A stretch of 64,000 bases of DNA from assembly GCA_034780895.1 (NCBI GenBank), contig JAUZTB010000087.1:100366986-100430985 (forward strand), given 5' to 3'. Made by a program: the position numbers and the translations under genes. Below are positions 62,716-64,000 of the stretch, piece after piece. How positions within the stretch are numbered: position 1 is the first letter of the stretch; every line of letters begins with the position of its first letter. The stretch comes from Rhynchobatus australiae (lineage: Eukaryota). The notes beneath the pieces are model-generated. The model made no database searches. It was not told where the DNA came from and saw only the letters and a program-made list of their open reading frames with translations.

Positions 62716-63769
62716 TAATTTATGTACTCTTGAATCTACTATGGTGCAATGATAGTGACTATTTACAGAACAGCGCTTAGTCAATATGATCAACAGTGTA
62801 TTTCTTAGTACATTCAGCATGCTGATATTTATAAGGAAAAAGGTGGCGATCTGAAATAAAACAGAACATGCTGGATTTAGTATGTCAGGCAGTATCAGTG
62901 CAGTGAATGTAGTATTCTCTCTGCACTGTGGTTACCTGGCTTCCCTTTAATGTTTTTTATCTTATTCATCTCAATCATTGTATGCGATTAAAAGTTCCAT
63001 ATTCTAACCCACTCTTTGAATGAAAACACTTCTTCTGAATTCCTTATTACTTTTATTTGTTTAATGGGATCTGAACTGGGCTGGAAAAAAATTGCTGTCC
63101 GTTCCTATGATCACATCCTGTTCAGGAAAGTGGCATCATTTTCTGATTTATGCACATATCTGGGGATCTTTATGTTCCACTGAAAATTTAGGGTATTTTC
63201 AACACTTGGTTGTTTTTTAACCTTTTGTTCTTCAAAAATGCATCATTGCAGTCACAAGTCTGAGGGTAGAGTTAATGCAGCATTTTTTTGTATTGATTTT
63301 CCAATTTTTTTTGCCACATAGTTGACCTGGATTTTGTTTCCTTCTTTAATCTGTTCCTAAATGCAAAAAGCTGTGAGTGTAATTATAAACCATTTTATAC
63401 AGCATGGCTTACTAGCTGACAATATTTATACTGGAAGTATTTCTCTTATGGTTATTATGGTTTCAAATTATAACAAGCTCCTTGATCATTGTTAAGATGA
63501 ATTCTCTGTGGACGGAATTCGACAAGAAGAACAAAAGTCTTTTCCCTACAATGGGATATGATATTTTCCCAGAGTGGATTATAAGTATTTGTTGAAGTGA
63601 AGGGGAGGATGTTGTTGCCAGCAGACTAAGGTTTAAAATATTTATCTCAATAATTAGATTAATTTTGGTACCTCGACTAAAACCTGAAAGCCAAATCTAG
63701 ACACTCCTGCCCAACAGTATTGAGAACAGAGTCTCATGAAAGGCCAGTGAGACTTACTCCCAGGACTGC

Positions 63770-64000
63770 TTTATTTCATTTAGTTGTTCTTAGGATGTGG
63801 ATATCTTTGGCAATGCATTGCCCATTCTTAGTTGCTCTGATTTGAGTAGGCAGTTAAGAATCAATCATTTTGATCCATTTGGAGCCACATATGGGCAGGA
63901 TTCCTTCCCTATAGGATGTTAGTTAACCAGATGAGTTTTTATAACCATCTGGTCATTTTGGGGTTACAGTTACTGATAAAAGCATTTATTTTAACTCCAG
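63770..64000 (-). mobile_element. SINE-like short element (5'-UTR body joined to LINE tail), runs off the window end
   Basis: Tail similar to 16980-17045 directly joined to a body similar to 20380-20720. Confidence 0.55.

Noticed and set aside
63495-63600. Exon-like sequence (MNSLWTEFDKKNKSLFPTMGY..)
   Set aside because: Short, no strong splice sites and no recognisable homology.
1-64000. Intronic snoRNAs, tRNAs, rRNA, CRISPR arrays
   Set aside because: TGATGA/CTGA hits belong to hammerhead-family repeats or lack terminal stems. tRNA-like boxes are SINE heads. No regularly spaced repeat-spacer array was seen. A covariance-model scan was not possible.

Overview
This is eukaryotic (vertebrate) genomic DNA, most likely from a cartilaginous fish (ray or shark), judging by its CR1 LINE, HE1/Deu-type SINE and Penelope-derived repeat content. 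It is a draft scaffold with many N gaps. It contains the last 8 coding exons of SON (+ strand, 2043-30733; G-patch and dsRBM-like C-terminus). Tail-to-tail with it is a complete 10-exon DONSON gene (- strand, 50560-33914; 1740-nt CDS, 579 aa), whose intron 7 is a U12-type (minor spliceosome) GT-AG intron. DONSON starts in a CpG island with palindromic NRF1 motifs, which may also drive an unidentified divergent + strand transcript. The most notable signals are: (1) candidate unannotated poison/micro-exons in SON introns; (2) the U12 intron; (3) a dispersed family of fold-back elements carrying minimal hammerhead-ribozyme cores; (4) a LINE with a tRNA-like SINE head plus a short head+tail derivative. 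No prokaryotic-type systems (CRISPR, operons) are present, and most ORFs in the supplied track are spurious or transposon remnants. Everything was read by eye; no alignments or searches were run.
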